From NCBI GenBank assembly GCA_973895155.1, contig OZ316898.1, positions 8,977,079 to 9,041,078 of the forward strand: DNA of 64,000 nucleotides. Reading direction: 5' to 3'. Positions 49,226-63,783 of the stretch are shown piece by piece. Origin of the DNA: Marsupella aquatica (taxonomy: Eukaryota; Plantae; Marchantiophyta). A program made the position numbers and the translations under genes. Under the pieces are notes generated by a model, which ran no database searches, was not told the DNA's origin, and worked only from the letters and a program-made list of their open reading frames with translations. Position 1 is the first letter of the stretch, and the number at the start of each line of letters is the position of its first letter.

Positions 49226-50812
49226 TAATAGTGAAAGATATTTCCAAGCAATTCTTAACTAATGGAAGAAAAGCTAATAAGCCTCCATTGCCTGGATATG
49301 GAGGGAGATATTAACTGTCAAACTTAGCTGCTAAAACATTTTGGAAGCCTAAAGTGTGGGCAGTGCGTGACTTTTGAAACTCATGACATTCTCAGTTATG
49401 CATGTAAACTAGAGCCATTAGACTTTCTGGAAAGATCTTTCCAAGCCCTTCTAACCAGCCCAAGACTATATGTAGATAAGGATTCACTCTCACCTAATAT
49501 TTCCCCATTTTTGTTTGTGCGCCCTTTCTCCCGCTCATTCGGTGAAAAAGGGTCCATGGGAGCATCACTTTCGATGTATATAGCTTCCCATTTCAATTGA
49601 AAAGAAGTTCATTAAATACAATATACTGCAGTAGGGAATCCTTTTTCATTTGTTTTGTTTTGTACTGATTTGTTTGAAGGGGAAATGGTCTTTGAGCATG
49701 CTTTTTATTTGTCTTGAAAACTCCGCAGACACGGCACACATTGCCACATTGCCACATGGTTAATTAACAATTAACAGGCACACCACGTTAAGCCTGTGCA
49801 GGCCAGGCAAAAGGTTCACGAGCCACTTTCTAGCTAGAATCATTTCTTGTGTCAATGGATGAATAAGGTTTCTCATTCAAAAAAATGATTTAGTAGTGAC
49901 TAAAATATAGGGTGTCTTAAAACTGACATCAAACAGATATAAAAGTTAAATCTATTTTACATTAATAAACATCAAATTGACCTAAAATGATTTTTGGAAT
50001 GTAACCAATCACTTGTCCATACTCTGCAAGTGCAAGACAGGTTTGCTTTCCGGAGAGATTTCATTGTTTGTGTAAATTGTTCTTGGCTAGTTATCGATGT
50101 ACAATAAGTGGATTGTGCTCTTGGATTAACTTAGTTTATGCACTAGAAGAAGTACTTAGACGTTAACATAACTTTCAAGATGTTTTGAAACCATGTTTTA
50201 CTAACAAGTGAATCTCACACTTCAGGCTTTTGTGCTTCTCCATTTTTGGATCTTTTGCTGGAGGTTTACATTTGTTAGTATAAATCTGTTCCAACACTAG
50301 GAAAACGAGAAGTTGTTAGACTCCCGCATGTTGGTAAGCATTTCAAGTTGTATGGGATTCAACACCTTACAATCTCTAATAGCATGTCTCAAAGCTTGCT
50401 GATGGTGGCTTTTGGCCACAAGCATATGGCCATAGCTGTTTCACACAGTTGTATATAAGTGTTTTTTTCCACTAGCCTCTACACTGACTTATGGTCAAAT
50501 ATTTATGGCAAGAAGTTACAGATCATGAATTTGGTAGTCCATACTTTTTTTTGTCCCTAACCTTAATTACTACCATCTTCCCCCCAACACAACGCCATGG
50601 CCTTGTGTTCTAATAGTGGACCGTGGAGCACTCTAGTGCGTTGTATTCAAGTTTTGACTATATGTTTTCATTTTTTGTATTTGCATTGTGTTTGAAAACG
50701 GGAGTTGTGTTCAAATATTGACATTGTGTTTATACTATTTGTGCTCAATGTAGAACAGTTTAGGGTCAGATCTCGAAAACACTGTCCAACTCAAACACAA
50801 TGCCAGTGAGTT

Positions 50813-50930
50813 GTGTTAAAATGACCTTGTGTTTGAATAAATAAATACATTTTTGAACACAATGCTCGGGGTGCTGTGTGTTAAAATGACCTTGTGTTTG
50901 AATAAATAAATACATTTTTGAACACAATGC
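50813..50930. repeat. ~53-bp direct duplication in a TTGTGTT-rich repeat region
   Basis: GTGTTAAAATGACCTTGTGTTTGAATAAATAAATACATTTTTGAACACAATGC present twice. Confidence 0.8.
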
Positions 50931-51952
50931 GGTAGTCCGTCAAATTTTGAGCTTTTGAGACCCCCTCATACACACAGGACCTGAGAAAGTAAGCCCTTGC
51001 ACTTGTATAATTTAGCCACACCCATTTGCATCCAAGAGGGCCAACATCTTGCTCATTGATTGCCAAAAGCCTCCTACTTTCCCCTCATAGATTGGACTGG
51101 ATAGTTGAAGTTTTCTACTCATAGTTTGGACTGGATAGTTTCAGTTTTCATTAAACGTCAAACTTTTGGGGGGGAGGGGCAGCCCAGAGAGGGTTAAATG
51201 CCCCCAAGGCCATCAAACATCACTCGAATCCATGGAGTGGCCTGGGCTGCCCAGTACTAGGTGTAGTTGAACCAGACAACCAAAGGGTACAAGCTAGTGA
51301 GCACATGGCATTGGGCAAACTACCACTATGTTTTGAGTGATAAATTGGCGCTATGGCTAACGCATGAGATCACCATGTGAAAGTTTGGAAGCGTACTATG
51401 TATACTTCTCTATCATGTGAATGTACCCCTAGGCTCTTGACAGGGCAAGGGCAGGTTTGGTTCTAACTCTTTTATGAAAAGGTGCTCAGATATTCATCAT
51501 CTCACATACAACAAAGGCTTTCATCTTGATTTTTTCTTTTATCATAAAGACAGATTCGCAAGTCAGTCATTGGGAGATTCCAAGACGAGAGAGAGAAACT
51601 ATGCACATAATAAGCGAAAGTTTAAAGCCAAGGATCTGGTAAATGGTATGTATCACCATCCTCCAGAATCCATCTTCAATTGTTACAGAGGAATTTGTGA
51701 CAAAATGGAGGCCACAAATTTCATAATCACTTGCTGGTCACAATGTTGACTGTCTGATTGGAAAGTCTCGATTGGACCTAGAGCCTACCATCAAAGGTGG
51801 TCCAAACAAGAGGCAAAGTCACAGTTGAGTTCAAAAATAAAATAGATCACGTAAACACTACTCTGGACTTTGATTGACGTGTTGTTGACTAAGATATACA
51901 CAAGGGTACGGAGGACGGCTGTATAATAGAGAACTCAGTACAAATCCATTGT

Positions 51953-54653
51953 TTACTGGTAGAACTGATATGTGGACGCATCCTTAATGATGTTTCGCAT
52001 GCCTCCAATTGTTGCGACTGTTGCGAGTAAAACGCCTAAGAAGATTAGAAGCTGCGAACAATATATCAAATCGAGAACACTTTAGTCCACTGTGTTACAG
52101 ATCACAGAAATGAGCGCATTCGTTTACAACGAGGAATGTCATGACAGAAGTTCAGAAGAGCTGTGCACAAAACTTACCCAATTGATCAGCCACGAAGGAC
52201 TGAAAACCCTCGGTTTCTTAATCTTCAACCATATGATACACGGCAACTGTACAAAACAGTTCGAGATCAGTTTCCTCGAATTCTTAGCTCAAGTCCATGG
52301 CACTGTCAGGCGTACACTTCAGGGGACAGATCAGTGGAAAGATTTCAACTTACGAAGTATGTTGTTGGAGCAAAGGCGAACCCTCCCAAGAATCCGAGTA
52401 AATCACCGAAAAATGGCAAAGTACAGGCCACAAAAGCCGTCGCCACTGGACAACAGACCAACAAGTTGAAGACCAGATAAGTTCCTTTTCACGAAAAACG
52501 CAGGAAAGAATTGAAGGAGGATGCAAATCCCATGGATACGGAAAACGAGAGACTCGATTTCGCAATACGCCAGAATGGAAAAGCGGGCGGGAACTTACAA
52601 ACATAGCTGCATCTGGTCACAACTCGCAAAATGGCAGAGGGGGGAAGATGCAATTTCTTCACCAATACAGTCTCGAGCATATCAAACACAGGCATTGCGT
52701 ACAGCTGCAGCCAGGCATCAAGATTGTTTCCCAAAATTGGTCATCACGAGATTGAGGTATCAAGTCCAATCATGACGGAGCAATAGCAAACATGAATTTA
52801 GGAAGATCTCCAACAGTTCGCAAGTGCCCCAGAATTCTAACTATCTGCAAAATATCCACAACAAGTCCACAACAAGTATGGCATGTTCGAGGCATACATA
52901 CCTGATAACTTCCAGTAACATGAATGACCACCATGAAATTGGCAGTTGCAATGAGCCACCTTGGATTACCCAACAAGAGCAGGATGTTCCCCGTAATTGC
53001 GTTTCCGTAGGCCCAGTAACCAAGTAGTGCCACAGGGAAGTAGCACAATGCAACAACAATGTATGCTACCACCACACCGCGCCACATAGCAATCTTGGAC
53101 GGTTTCTCAGGGGTCGATGGAAGAGTGGCTTGGATTTCGAGCACCACGTTGTGACCGGCGTAGGCGAAAGCCACAGTTCCTAGCGCGTTGAAGATTCCGA
53201 ACACTAGATCTGGCATTCCCTGGTCTGGCAGATGGTAGTCAACGTTCGGCGTCTGACCCTCCTTTACGGTGTCGGCCCAAGCGATGGTGGAATAGCTGCA
53301 CTCCCCGCTCTGTATGTTAGTATATATGGACAGGTAATGTTCCTGAGAGTATGACACAACAGTACAAAACAGCTGGAACACCTGAAAAATTCAATCTGTT
53401 TTTCTCACTAATTGTCTCCGCAGTCTCTAAGTTATCGTTGTCCATAGCCTACAGACAGGCATAAAGAAGAGCGGATTAGAAGGCTGGTGGCACCTGAGGG
53501 ACATAACAGCTGCCGCTAGGGAGATGCCGGCGATAGAATTGAAGTTGGGAAGCTGAGCCAGGAGGAAGTGCTGCGAAGCGAAGATGACGATGAAAGCCGT
53601 TTGACCGATGTGACCACAGCTCGTTTTTTGGTCACTTGCTGGTATATTTTTGCACCTGATCAGCCTGTAGAATTTGAACAAGGATTGCCCACCTGTGACC
53701 ATGTAGACAATGTCCACACCTATCTCAACGATTAACTGTTGTGGTACCACTATCCACAGCCCCAACCTTTCCCCAAACGCTTCTTGCCCAAGCTCATGGT
53801 ATCGGTCAAATCTCTTCCCTTTCACCATCTCATGCATTTGCACCATTTGCCACAACGTGTATAGGGTGATGATCCACGACAACACCAGGACAGTGGTTCC
53901 TGCTCCCCTGCATCATCCACAACCAGGCAAACAATCAGAACCGAGTTCTGTTCAACACACGAATTTCTCCTCTAAGCAATCGAGAAACAGAGGGAAAGGG
54001 CGAAAGTAAGTGTTTGCACGACTTACCATCCAAGATACACCATGGCTGACGGCAGACCCAGCACACCTGCTCCCACCATGGCGGTGACGTTGTGAAAGGT
54101 TGAGTACCACCATTTTGCGTTCCGGGAGCCTGTCACAGGTAGCCAATCGTCCACATCCTTCATCGTTCCAGGATGCCTAAGGCCAGTGTCATTTTCCTGC
54201 GACGAACATCCCATCTCAATATCAGGAACAAGCACAAAATCTCCAATTTCCAGTCAAATTCACTTCCGTATCAATCCACGTAATTGAATGACTCTTTCCG
54301 AAGCAGCCCCAAGAACGCAGGAGATAGACCTTCGTCAATCGGTATGTGAGGGACTCTCTCGAAAATACACAATGGACGCAGCAGCCCCCACATCATCGTC
54401 ACTCCGTATTCGGGTGAATATCCTTAACTAGGCAGTGGACGCAGCTCACACACCAACAGCGAATTTCACTGACGCAGTCAGTGTCTGGGCTCCACACCCC
54501 AAACGAAGAGCAAAGCGAAAGGGGAAAAATTGGCTCCTGCCGCGATAGATCCCGCCCCTGAAGTTCGACAACGGTCCACAGTCTCCATACCTTTGACATA
54601 GCAGAGTTGCCCGGAGGTGGTGAGAGGTCTGTCGCGGCACCAACCTGTGCCAT
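51953..54653 (-). CDS. LHT: Lysine/histidine transporter (LHT1-like), canonical tandem copy, 8 exons
   Basis: Exons 54653-54591, 54196-54027 ([31 protein letters not shown]), 53907-53494, 53295-52902, 52704-52599, 52445-52354, 52246-52178, 52051-51953 (ends YQFYQ*). Intron positions match the other copy. Confidence 0.95.
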
Positions 54654-57600
54654 GCTGCAGCAATCGTGCTTCTTCTTCTGCCGTCACTCGAGGATTTCAG
54701 ATCTCCCCTCGCCGAGCAGGTCCTGATTATTCCGCAAGAGAATGCACGAGGTGCTGGACCGATCCGCGCTGCCCAACGACAGCCTTCCACAATCCCCAAC
54801 CCCGACTCCAAAATGGCAGAATCGCTTCCACAATCCCCAACCCCGTCTCCGATATGGCAGAATCGCCGCCCGATGTAAATAGAAAACAATCACCAGTCTG
54901 GCGCTGCTGCGGCAGACATTTCTTCGTCCTCCACAACAATTCCTCCACAACGAGAGCAGTCTGCCGCACGAAGCCTCCTCCTCTTAACGGCTCTACTGCC
55001 CTGGAGCTGTGGAGCAAACCAAACCCAAAAATTGCGTCCTCGTGAGACCCCCTCTTCCGCCGCTCCTCCGCCCGTCCGTCCGTTTGTACGTCGGCCGGGA
55101 TCGCCACTCCCCTTTCTGCTCGCCGCGGCCAATCTCTACAATGCAGCAACCGATACACAGGGATGGGCGAGAGCATACACAATGCGCAGGCTGAGGGACG
55201 GGAGAGAGACGAGAGGAAGAAAAAGAGAAGAGAGGCACGAAACGGAAACGAAGAAAGCTCGAAAGAAGAAGATTGGTGATGATGGTGGTGCCGGGCTAGT
55301 AAATATGCTCGACCGAATGACAGTCAACACCTACATGATTCTTAAATGTCTTCTGGGCAGGATGTGGGCCCCGTGCACGAATAGAGATTCGTCTCACTCT
55401 AATCACCGCAGTCTTCGTCGAGCTGTAACTTTTTCCACCTGAAGTGGTAACCTTTTGCTCCAAAATGTTTCTGTAGGCTTTTTTTTCTTGTCAATGTGAC
55501 AGACATATTTTTATTTCTATTTTATACCATTCTATCTATATTCTATCTAGTCTATTTTTTGTGGTATACACTAGTGTCCTGCTGACAGCGAATTGTGGGA
55601 GGTAGTGTCCAGGAAAACGAAAGCTTGAGTTTTGCGTGGCTATTGAGCTCGAGTTTTGAGGGGCTATAATGCTCATAATGCTCATAATGCTCAGGGAAAC
55701 ATGACCCTAATTTATTTAAAGATTTTTAATCATTTTCACTAATTTTAGAAAAGTAGAGTAGAATCTTCCTAAAGGGGTGATCCAAATCTTGACAAACTTG
55801 ACCACTATTAGCTTCCAAGAATGGAGAGACAAATACAAAGGGGAAAATCATGAAGGGCACGTAGAAGTATTGTGACGATCTGGCTTTCTGTTTGGCTCAT
55901 GCTATTGTGGGATATAGTGTCAAGAGAAACTACAGTAACTGCGCTTTAGATAGCCCCCTCAATTGTTGTTGAGTGGAGATTCCCAAAGAAGAGTCTTGAC
56001 CCGGAAACTACTAGTAAGTGTGATCTTTTCCTACTAGTGTTTTTACTATCCCCCAAACTGGTAGAAGTTATTAACCTGTATTAAAACTAATTTAATTATT
56101 AGGTTGCCCCAGTTTTGTATATGGGTTGGCTTAACTCAATTATATTAACCCAAGATAGCACACAATAGGTTACCTGACCTTGGAGGCTTGCAATTTGGCC
56201 TTGCTAACCGCCTCAAACTGTACCTTCACCTTGGACAAGGTTCCCCCATGTGACACTCGGCAGAATCCTGGCATAGACTATTGTCTACATGCAAGGACTA
56301 TCTCATTTTAGTCTGGATGTTGCATTTACCATTGGAGGGGGTTAGCTTGGACAACTTATGAGTCTCCATGTGTCCCCAGACCAAATACATGTCATTTCGG
56401 GTTAGTCTAGCAGCTAAGCTAACCGTGAGTTCCTGCCTAGAGTACAACTGTGTTGCTTCTCATGGAGTATTCGTGATTTTCTTTGGTACAAAAGAAAATT
56501 CATTTAGAGAGTGGCTTCCTTTTTTGAAAACAAACTTGTTTGGAGGCACATTGACGTAACCCACCAACTCATTTAGATCTATCTCTAGACCCTAATCCCA
56601 ACAACCTCTGCCAGTAGTAAACCAAACTCTTTAAAAACTCCGAGAAATAGAAATTGAGTTTTTTCCAATCAAACAAGTTTGCAACTCAATTTGTCAAATT
56701 TGGGGAGTCTAGGAAATCCCGACAAAAATGGGATGAGGTTGTCACCACCGGAGATGGCATTGAGGGATTGAGATCTTAGTTGTGCAGACCGGTACTAGTG
56801 TTTAAACTCAAATAGGGGAAAGCAATCGCTCACACAAATCACAACTGGAAACGCTACCAGTAGTCCTGGGAGGAAGCTTCACAGCAGGCGAGTAGCAGCA
56901 AAGCTCGTCTGTTAGTCCTACTTCACTCGCATTGCGAGGTACTGCAGCATGTGCGGGATGACTGTGAACATACTTGCTCCCAAGATCAGCTCAATCGGCC
57001 AACCAGTGACGTAACATGCAGATTCCGCAGGATCCATCCTCCTTCTCCTATGATTCTCATAGCCTATGCTGCCAAAACTGCAAGTGCTAGAATAGTAGGG
57101 TCAACCGCGTGAGAATTGCTCCAAATTCTGACGATGAAAAACGCGACCACCAAAAAGAAGAAACGGAGAACTGAAGAAGGCGATTGAGCATGTCCGGACA
57201 AAAATTGACTTGGGATTGTCCGATTGTGTAACCGGCTGAACGGCCATTAACATTAGTGAGCAGGAATGCTGAGGAAGAAAGATAAGGTTCTACAGTCATA
57301 ACATTACTTCTAAACACATCCCTTCTTCTGTTGTACTGTGTGTCAACGGTCAAATGTATGACTTCTTTAGTATGGCCCACAAAGGTAGACCGTGTCTTTT
57401 AAGTACTAATAGGAGTATCACTGTTTGACAACACCGCCCAATAAGGCAAATGGGACACAAAGTTTGAGGTAGAAAATGCTATACAGATCAATGTTGTACA
57501 GATCAATTTAAACATAAATTTACTTAGATTGTCATGTTTTTTAACACAATTCAAATCTTGTCACTATGTCCCTTATTTTATATATGGGTTGAGAGAATTC

Positions 57601-57788
57601 ACTTCAGTTAGCTCTTTCACATCGAATGGTTATCATTGCACCCTCTGTTCATTGATTCAATGACCCAGGTCTCCCCCAAGATGACTTTGACCACCCTTGG
57701 GTCAGTTGACCAAGGAGTGTGTCAGGTGGTCCGGTCCTCCTATCTAATGCCCAGCCTGTTTAGGGCCTGCGTCTCTCTGTCCTCCTAA

Positions 57789-60130
57789 GAGCATCTCTAG
57801 CCGTTTGGCGGTAGCTGACCTCCAAACCCCAAATTTGCCCTGTATGGTTCAACACCAAAAATTAGCCCCAATCGCGTGCTCTAAAATCTCCAGCAGTAGT
57901 GGGATTTTTTACCACCATCCTTTAGCCATGGTTTGAACTGCTCTCGGCCCGGTTTAAACAAGCCCTGAAACAAGCCACAAATCCAACTGAACCCTACATG
58001 CTCTGCACCTTTGGTTCTTGTGCTTGCAGCAGTGTCAAATGCCATCACTGGCTACTCGTGCTTTGCCAAAAATTCTGATGTGTGAGAAGTTGTCAATGTT
58101 GTCCTTAGAGTTCACAATAATCTAGTGGACGTTTGGGAAGGTGAGAATTTTTATAAATCCTTGATACTGTACTGCTTTGGTTCACTGCATAGACACCATA
58201 CAAAGATGGGGTCAGATTTTAAGAAAATGGTGGAGGACTATGAAGCAGATTCATTGGGATGAAGAGGAGCGATTATGGGAGATGATGATGTACACTAGAC
58301 CACTCACCATCACCACCATCTTGACAACACCAAGGAAAGAGAAGCATGGAGGATCTAGACTTGCAGGCAGGACCAAGAATGTGGATAGGATGAGAATAAA
58401 AGGTGCAATAGATTTGTAGAATTATTATTTTGCAAAGAATACTAAGTATGGAGAGCTCTTATTTAGAACGAGGTTCAGGATGACCAGTAGTTTGTTCAAT
58501 AAGATTTTGTGTGCTGGTGTCTCGGGGGTCTCACTATATGGAAGCCTCCCCAGCACCTGCGACATTTTTAGGTCTCGGCCCCCTAAAATGTTAGAAAAGA
58601 TTTAATTTTTTCAACCCCTATAAAGTTGGAATATTCTTGGAATATTCCAAATTTTTGGTTAGAAGTACCATAATATTCTTATAAGTCTCAAAATTGGATT
58701 TACAGTACCCTATTGTTCTTTTGAAAAAATTCTTAACTCTTCACTTTGAACCAATAAAATGACTCTATCTTTCGTCACACGTGATATGTCATTTTTGTGG
58801 AAGTGAAACCCTTGAGGCCGGTGTGCACACAACAAATACTTCCAATGGAAATGTGATCATGCTCCAAGGAACCTTGGTTTGTCTCCACATCAAACCTCAT
58901 TGCAACATTACCACAACTAGCTTATGGAGTTGGGGCAGCTGCAATGGATGAGTAGCAATATTCCAACTCATATTGCCGAGACCCTCACTGAGACCACAGC
59001 TCTAGAATCATTGTATAGGTTTGTCAAAGCCTTTAGGGAACTATACCAAGAGAGGTTTTTGGGTAATTGTAGTGTGCAATGAAACAGTAAAAACCATCCT
59101 TGCATGAGCAGACTTTTTACTCACATGACCCCTGTTTTTTATATCCAACTGTCTTGCTAACAACAACCTGGTTGGTAACATCCATTCTGGGGACTCTTCT
59201 TTTTGGCTAGCAAACTTGCTAGCCATCTGGAGTCTTCAAAACCACTAAAAATACAAAAGGCAGCAAAAATCAAAAGAAATTTAAAACCACTAGTGAATCA
59301 CTAACAAGACTCTCCTTGCTATCAAAACTTCTGTTTGCTTGCATTATACAATATCTCAAGGATTTTGAGGAAGCCAAATGCACAGGATTTCCAGAACCAC
59401 CTTGAAATTAACCAAACAAGAGGATTTCTTTGAATGTTTAGGTACTTGGATTGCATGCACTGGCAGTGGAAGAACTGCCCTGTAGCATGGGAAGGTCAGT
59501 ACAGTGACAAAGATAAAACCAATTTGATCATACTTGAGGCTATTGCTGATCAGGAACTTTGGATTTGGCATACATTTTGGGGGCTGGCTGGGGGCAACAA
59601 TGACCTTGATGTTTTGGACAGGTCGCCCTCCCCCCCTCCCCCTGGTCGCCCCTTCTCAATGAGTGGGTAGTGAATGATTTTGCTAATGTTCCCTACTATG
59701 TCAATGGTGTTGAGTACAACCAGCAAGCATATCTAGTGGATAGGATTATCCAGAGTGGTCTATGTTCATTTCTAGAATGCACTCACCACACACTGAAACA
59801 TTGAGTCACTTTGCCAAGTGCCAGGGTGCTAGAAAGGATGTGGACAGGGGCTTTGGGGTTCTATAAGCCAGGTTTGAGATCATCAAGAAGCCTGCCAAAT
59901 CTTGGTCTGAGTCAAATTAGACTAACATTATAATGACATGTGTAGTGTTGCATAATATGATCTTGGAGGATGAGAGAGGAGAACAATTTACTCCATACTT
60001 GAGGGTGACAACTCCAAATTTTACAGGAGGAGTCATGCCTTGGTTGGAGTTCATGGAGGCCAATAGGGAGATTCATAATAGAGACAATCATTCCAAATTA
60101 AGAAGTGACATTATTCACCACTTGTGAGCT
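57789..60130 (+). mobile_element. Decayed PIF/Harbinger DNA transposon (transposase pseudogene)
   Basis: TAA|GAGCATCTC left terminus. Fragments FRTRFRM, LGLSPHQ, QLAYG, LDCMHWQWKNCPVAWEGQY, IILEAIADQELWIWH.FWG..GGNNDLDVLDRSP, RKDVDRGFGVL, CVVLHNMILEDER, with stops, frameshifts and two insertions. No right TIR found. Confidence 0.9.
58521..58816. mobile_element. MITE with 8-bp TSD (hAT-like) nested in the Harbinger transposase
   Basis: TIRs CTCGGGGGTCTCACT / AGTGAAACCCTTGAG. TSD GCTGGTGT (58513-58520) / GCCGGTGT (58817-58824). Confidence 0.75.
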
Positions 60131-63100
60131 TGAAAAGGGACATGTTTTGCTGAAAACTAATTATCTGGCTATGGGTTTTCTTCTTTTCCTGTTGAACTCT
60201 CCATCATTGGGTTTTTGCATTGGGACTGACCCTTTCTATTGCACCCACTCACCTCATGTGATGTGGAGTATTGAAAGGCCCATTTGAGACTGTTAGGACA
60301 GAGGTGAGTTGCATTGGATTGAGAGCAACAACACCACAGTGATGGCAGCTCAGGGTTTGGGATGTTCTATGATTGGATATTGCTGCAAGGCACACTCTGG
60401 CTAGGATGTGATCAAGTTGGAAAGGAATAGAACCATGGCAGAATTAGAATTTTGCCACAATACAGGCCGTGTAAGCATTTAAATTAGCAGACCATGCTCT
60501 GCAGACAATGCTTCAATTTTGTACTCAGGGTAATGCAATTGTAGTGGCTTTGTTGAGCTGAACCTTCAAGAGGAGCATTTCGTAATGAATTTTTCATTTT
60601 ATGAAACTCAATTGAAAACACAGCTCGCTAGTTGTACAAATCACAGGAATGGACCAGTTTGAGACACTTGGACAAATGATAGTGCCCAAATGAGGAACTG
60701 AATTGTCTTTTAATTGAATTCTGAGGCAAAAATCACACTTGTGTGGAATCCATATCAAGCATGGCAAGGAAAGCCTTTTGGTCTAGTACCGGGTCATTTT
60801 GAACTCTAGTTCCAATTGCTTCCTCACCTACCCTATTGTGTAGAGCACTCTGCTCTGCTTCGTCTCCATCTTTGTCCAATTCTCCATGAACTTCAAGCAC
60901 ATTGGGTTGCGCTGCTGCAGGTGGAATTGGAGTACAAACACAAGGAGATGGATTGAAAGATTGAAAGGGATGCGCATGCTCCGGATGCTTCACTTGTCAA
61001 ATGGATGGCTCATCCATACGCTTTCTTCCATCAATGGTCAGGGAAAACAGCTAATAAAATCCAACAACTGTGGATCTTCCTGGCCCAAGAGTTTTTTTGT
61101 ATTGGTATGAAGGACAAAAAAAGTGGGATCCCTTATTATAGTTGTAGATAGATGTTAAGGTGAGGCCATAGAGCTCGTTTTTTAATAGAAGTAGAAATAA
61201 TGACAAAAAGTATGCATGACTATCATTTGACATACATCATGGTCACGAGTTTTCACATCCACATGATGAGCCATGGAGTTACAATCTAGAGGCACTCTAG
61301 AAGCCTAGGCCTCAACTCTAGCTTGTCTTTGGTGTTTTATAAATAAGATTATAGACCCTCACAACTTGAGCTGAAGCTCTTCTATGGAAGGCTATGTAAT
61401 ATCCTTTCTCTTTATAACTGAGAAGGCATGATTGAAGAAAAATGCACTTAAGATTTGATTCAACTCTCATTTTGAAAACTCTCCTCTACTATAATTAAAG
61501 TAAAAATAAAATCCTTTTAGCTTTTTGACTATACTATTAATGTCCTATTACAGCCCCTCAAAACTTAAGCTCAAGCTCTCCTTTTGGAGGGCATTGCAGC
61601 CCATAATGCTCTCTAAAAAGGACTTTATTACATGTATACACACTTATATTGCACCAGTAAATAATTTTCAAAAAACATGTCGAGAGCTGCAATTGAATTT
61701 GACAAATATTTGGCTATTTTAAGATCAAGAAAGAACTTACTGCACTTTAGTGATTTTTTCACTTTTTATTTTTGAGTGAATTAATTTTCCATAATAACTC
61801 CCTTTTTTTTAAGAGGGAATGATGCCAAACACCTTAAATCTTTTCCTTCGGGCCAAAACTCTAAAACATATACTGGAAACTGCATACAGAAATCATGGAT
61901 GTGGGTAAAGACAAACAGAAAAATAATAAGTATAATTTTTTGCAAATGTTTTTGATCTTATCTCTATTTACATTTCAAGAACAGGTAATCAGGCTTGTGT
62001 ATAATAATTATACATATTCATAGCTTTCGCGCAACTGTAGACTATAGACGCTCAACGCCGACCTTTCATTAATGTCCACATCGAAGTGTACTCTCTTAGC
62101 ATCTTTTAGGGTTTAGGGTTGCCATGACTGACATATCTAACCTAAATACATAATCGCAAACAACAGCTAAAATAAAGGGCTACTTTGTAGCCACATCTCT
62201 AACATAAGTGGGAACAAAAGATAAACTAAGGAGCTAGAATCTACAGTGAAGCCAATAGCTAAAATTTTACTAATGCAACGCGATCAAACCTACTCTTTAG
62301 GGCTAATGTCTAGAGTGAAGCCTCCACACAGTGACTTTTTACCCCGTCTAGACTGTGACTCTAAAAAGATAACAGAAAGGGCATAGTACACAAACATGGA
62401 TGTGGGTAAAGATAACCTGAAGATAACAAGAAACGTTTTTTGGAAGACGTTTTTTTGTCTCATCTCTATATATATTCAAGGAATGGGTAATAGACTAGTA
62501 GTTATTCACATGTAGGCAAGTCAACAAACACCTAGATGATTACGATAGGCTGAACAAATACTACTTGGGTTTGGCAATCTAATTTTTGCCTTAACAATGT
62601 TCAGTGAAACTGAGGGGAGTCCCAAATGGGCGCAGTATTGTAAAAGCTAGCCAAGAAAGTGTTCCCATATGACTAATCTGCAAGGAAATACAGAATGAAA
62701 TTTTTTATAAGAATGCAATTATGTAACAAGAGTTTTAGTTGTGCTTGACACTACTGTACTCCAAGGTAGGGGGAAGCACCAAGCTGGTGCTGGAGTACAA
62801 TAGTTGAAATTGAACATAGGAACTGAGGTCAATACTATTTATCCAAGCTCAGGGGGACTGTTCAACAGGACCTTAGCAAGAAACACATAGTGTGGAGTCC
62901 TACTCTACAAGCTGGCTCCCAAGGATTTTCTTCCCCATCCTCCCACATTGGGCTCCATACACAAGGGGACTTCCATTGCTCTCTGCGTTCTAGGTACCTT
63001 AAGCCTTTTTTTTGGGGGGGGGGGGGGGGGGGGGGCATCATCTACTATTGTTGACAATACAGGCTGGGCAATTCTATAACAGGGCGGTTGTCAATAATTC

Positions 63101-63783
63101 ATTCTCTGGCCATTTTGAGCCCCCATCAGTTCAACTGAACTCTATCCAGCCAATAATACAATCTAAAGACTATAATTATATAAGGGCTTAAACCTCAAAA
63201 CTGATAGAAAAAGTTATGGACAATCAAATACATGATCCTAACTTTTTGCCATTACCATAAGTTCCTCTACAAGATAAAGAGAAAGACCTAAAAAAATGGT
63301 GACAAAGCCCTATAAACAATGTTACGGCCAGATCTTCATGGCCAAAAGCCATCACCTACGCAGATGAGACTTTGAGACTCCCTTATCTGTTATCTTGTCC
63401 TTTCTTTCTCATGGTCTGTTTATGCAATGGCATGTTAGCATGAGCTTCCTTGGCTGTTTGACTACAGTGACAATTCTTAATTTAGAGTGGGGCCTAATTA
63501 AAGGTGCCATTTCAATGCACATTTGCTATTCCCAACGTGTCAGTCTTCCACTTCTTGCATATTCCTCAAAATCTAATTGTCAGGCTCACTCCCTTGCCTG
63601 TAGTTGCTTGAGAACACTTCCATTCAACATTACTTATTACGGAAATATTTTGCATTGCACAGGCATTGGACAAATCATGCATACAAAATAATCTTTTATA
63701 TTTTGTGAATTTCCATTATTCAGTGTTTTCTTAAGAGTTCAACATAGGTTGCAATTGATGGCTCAAGACATAAATCACCATGA

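Noticed and set aside
60733-60993. 86-aa minus-strand ORF as the Harbinger Myb/ORF1 partner
   Set aside because: No Myb/SANT tryptophan pattern is recognisable, so it cannot be supported.
63006-63035. T8-G22 homopolymer
   Set aside because: Simple slippage tract with unreliable length and no associated feature.
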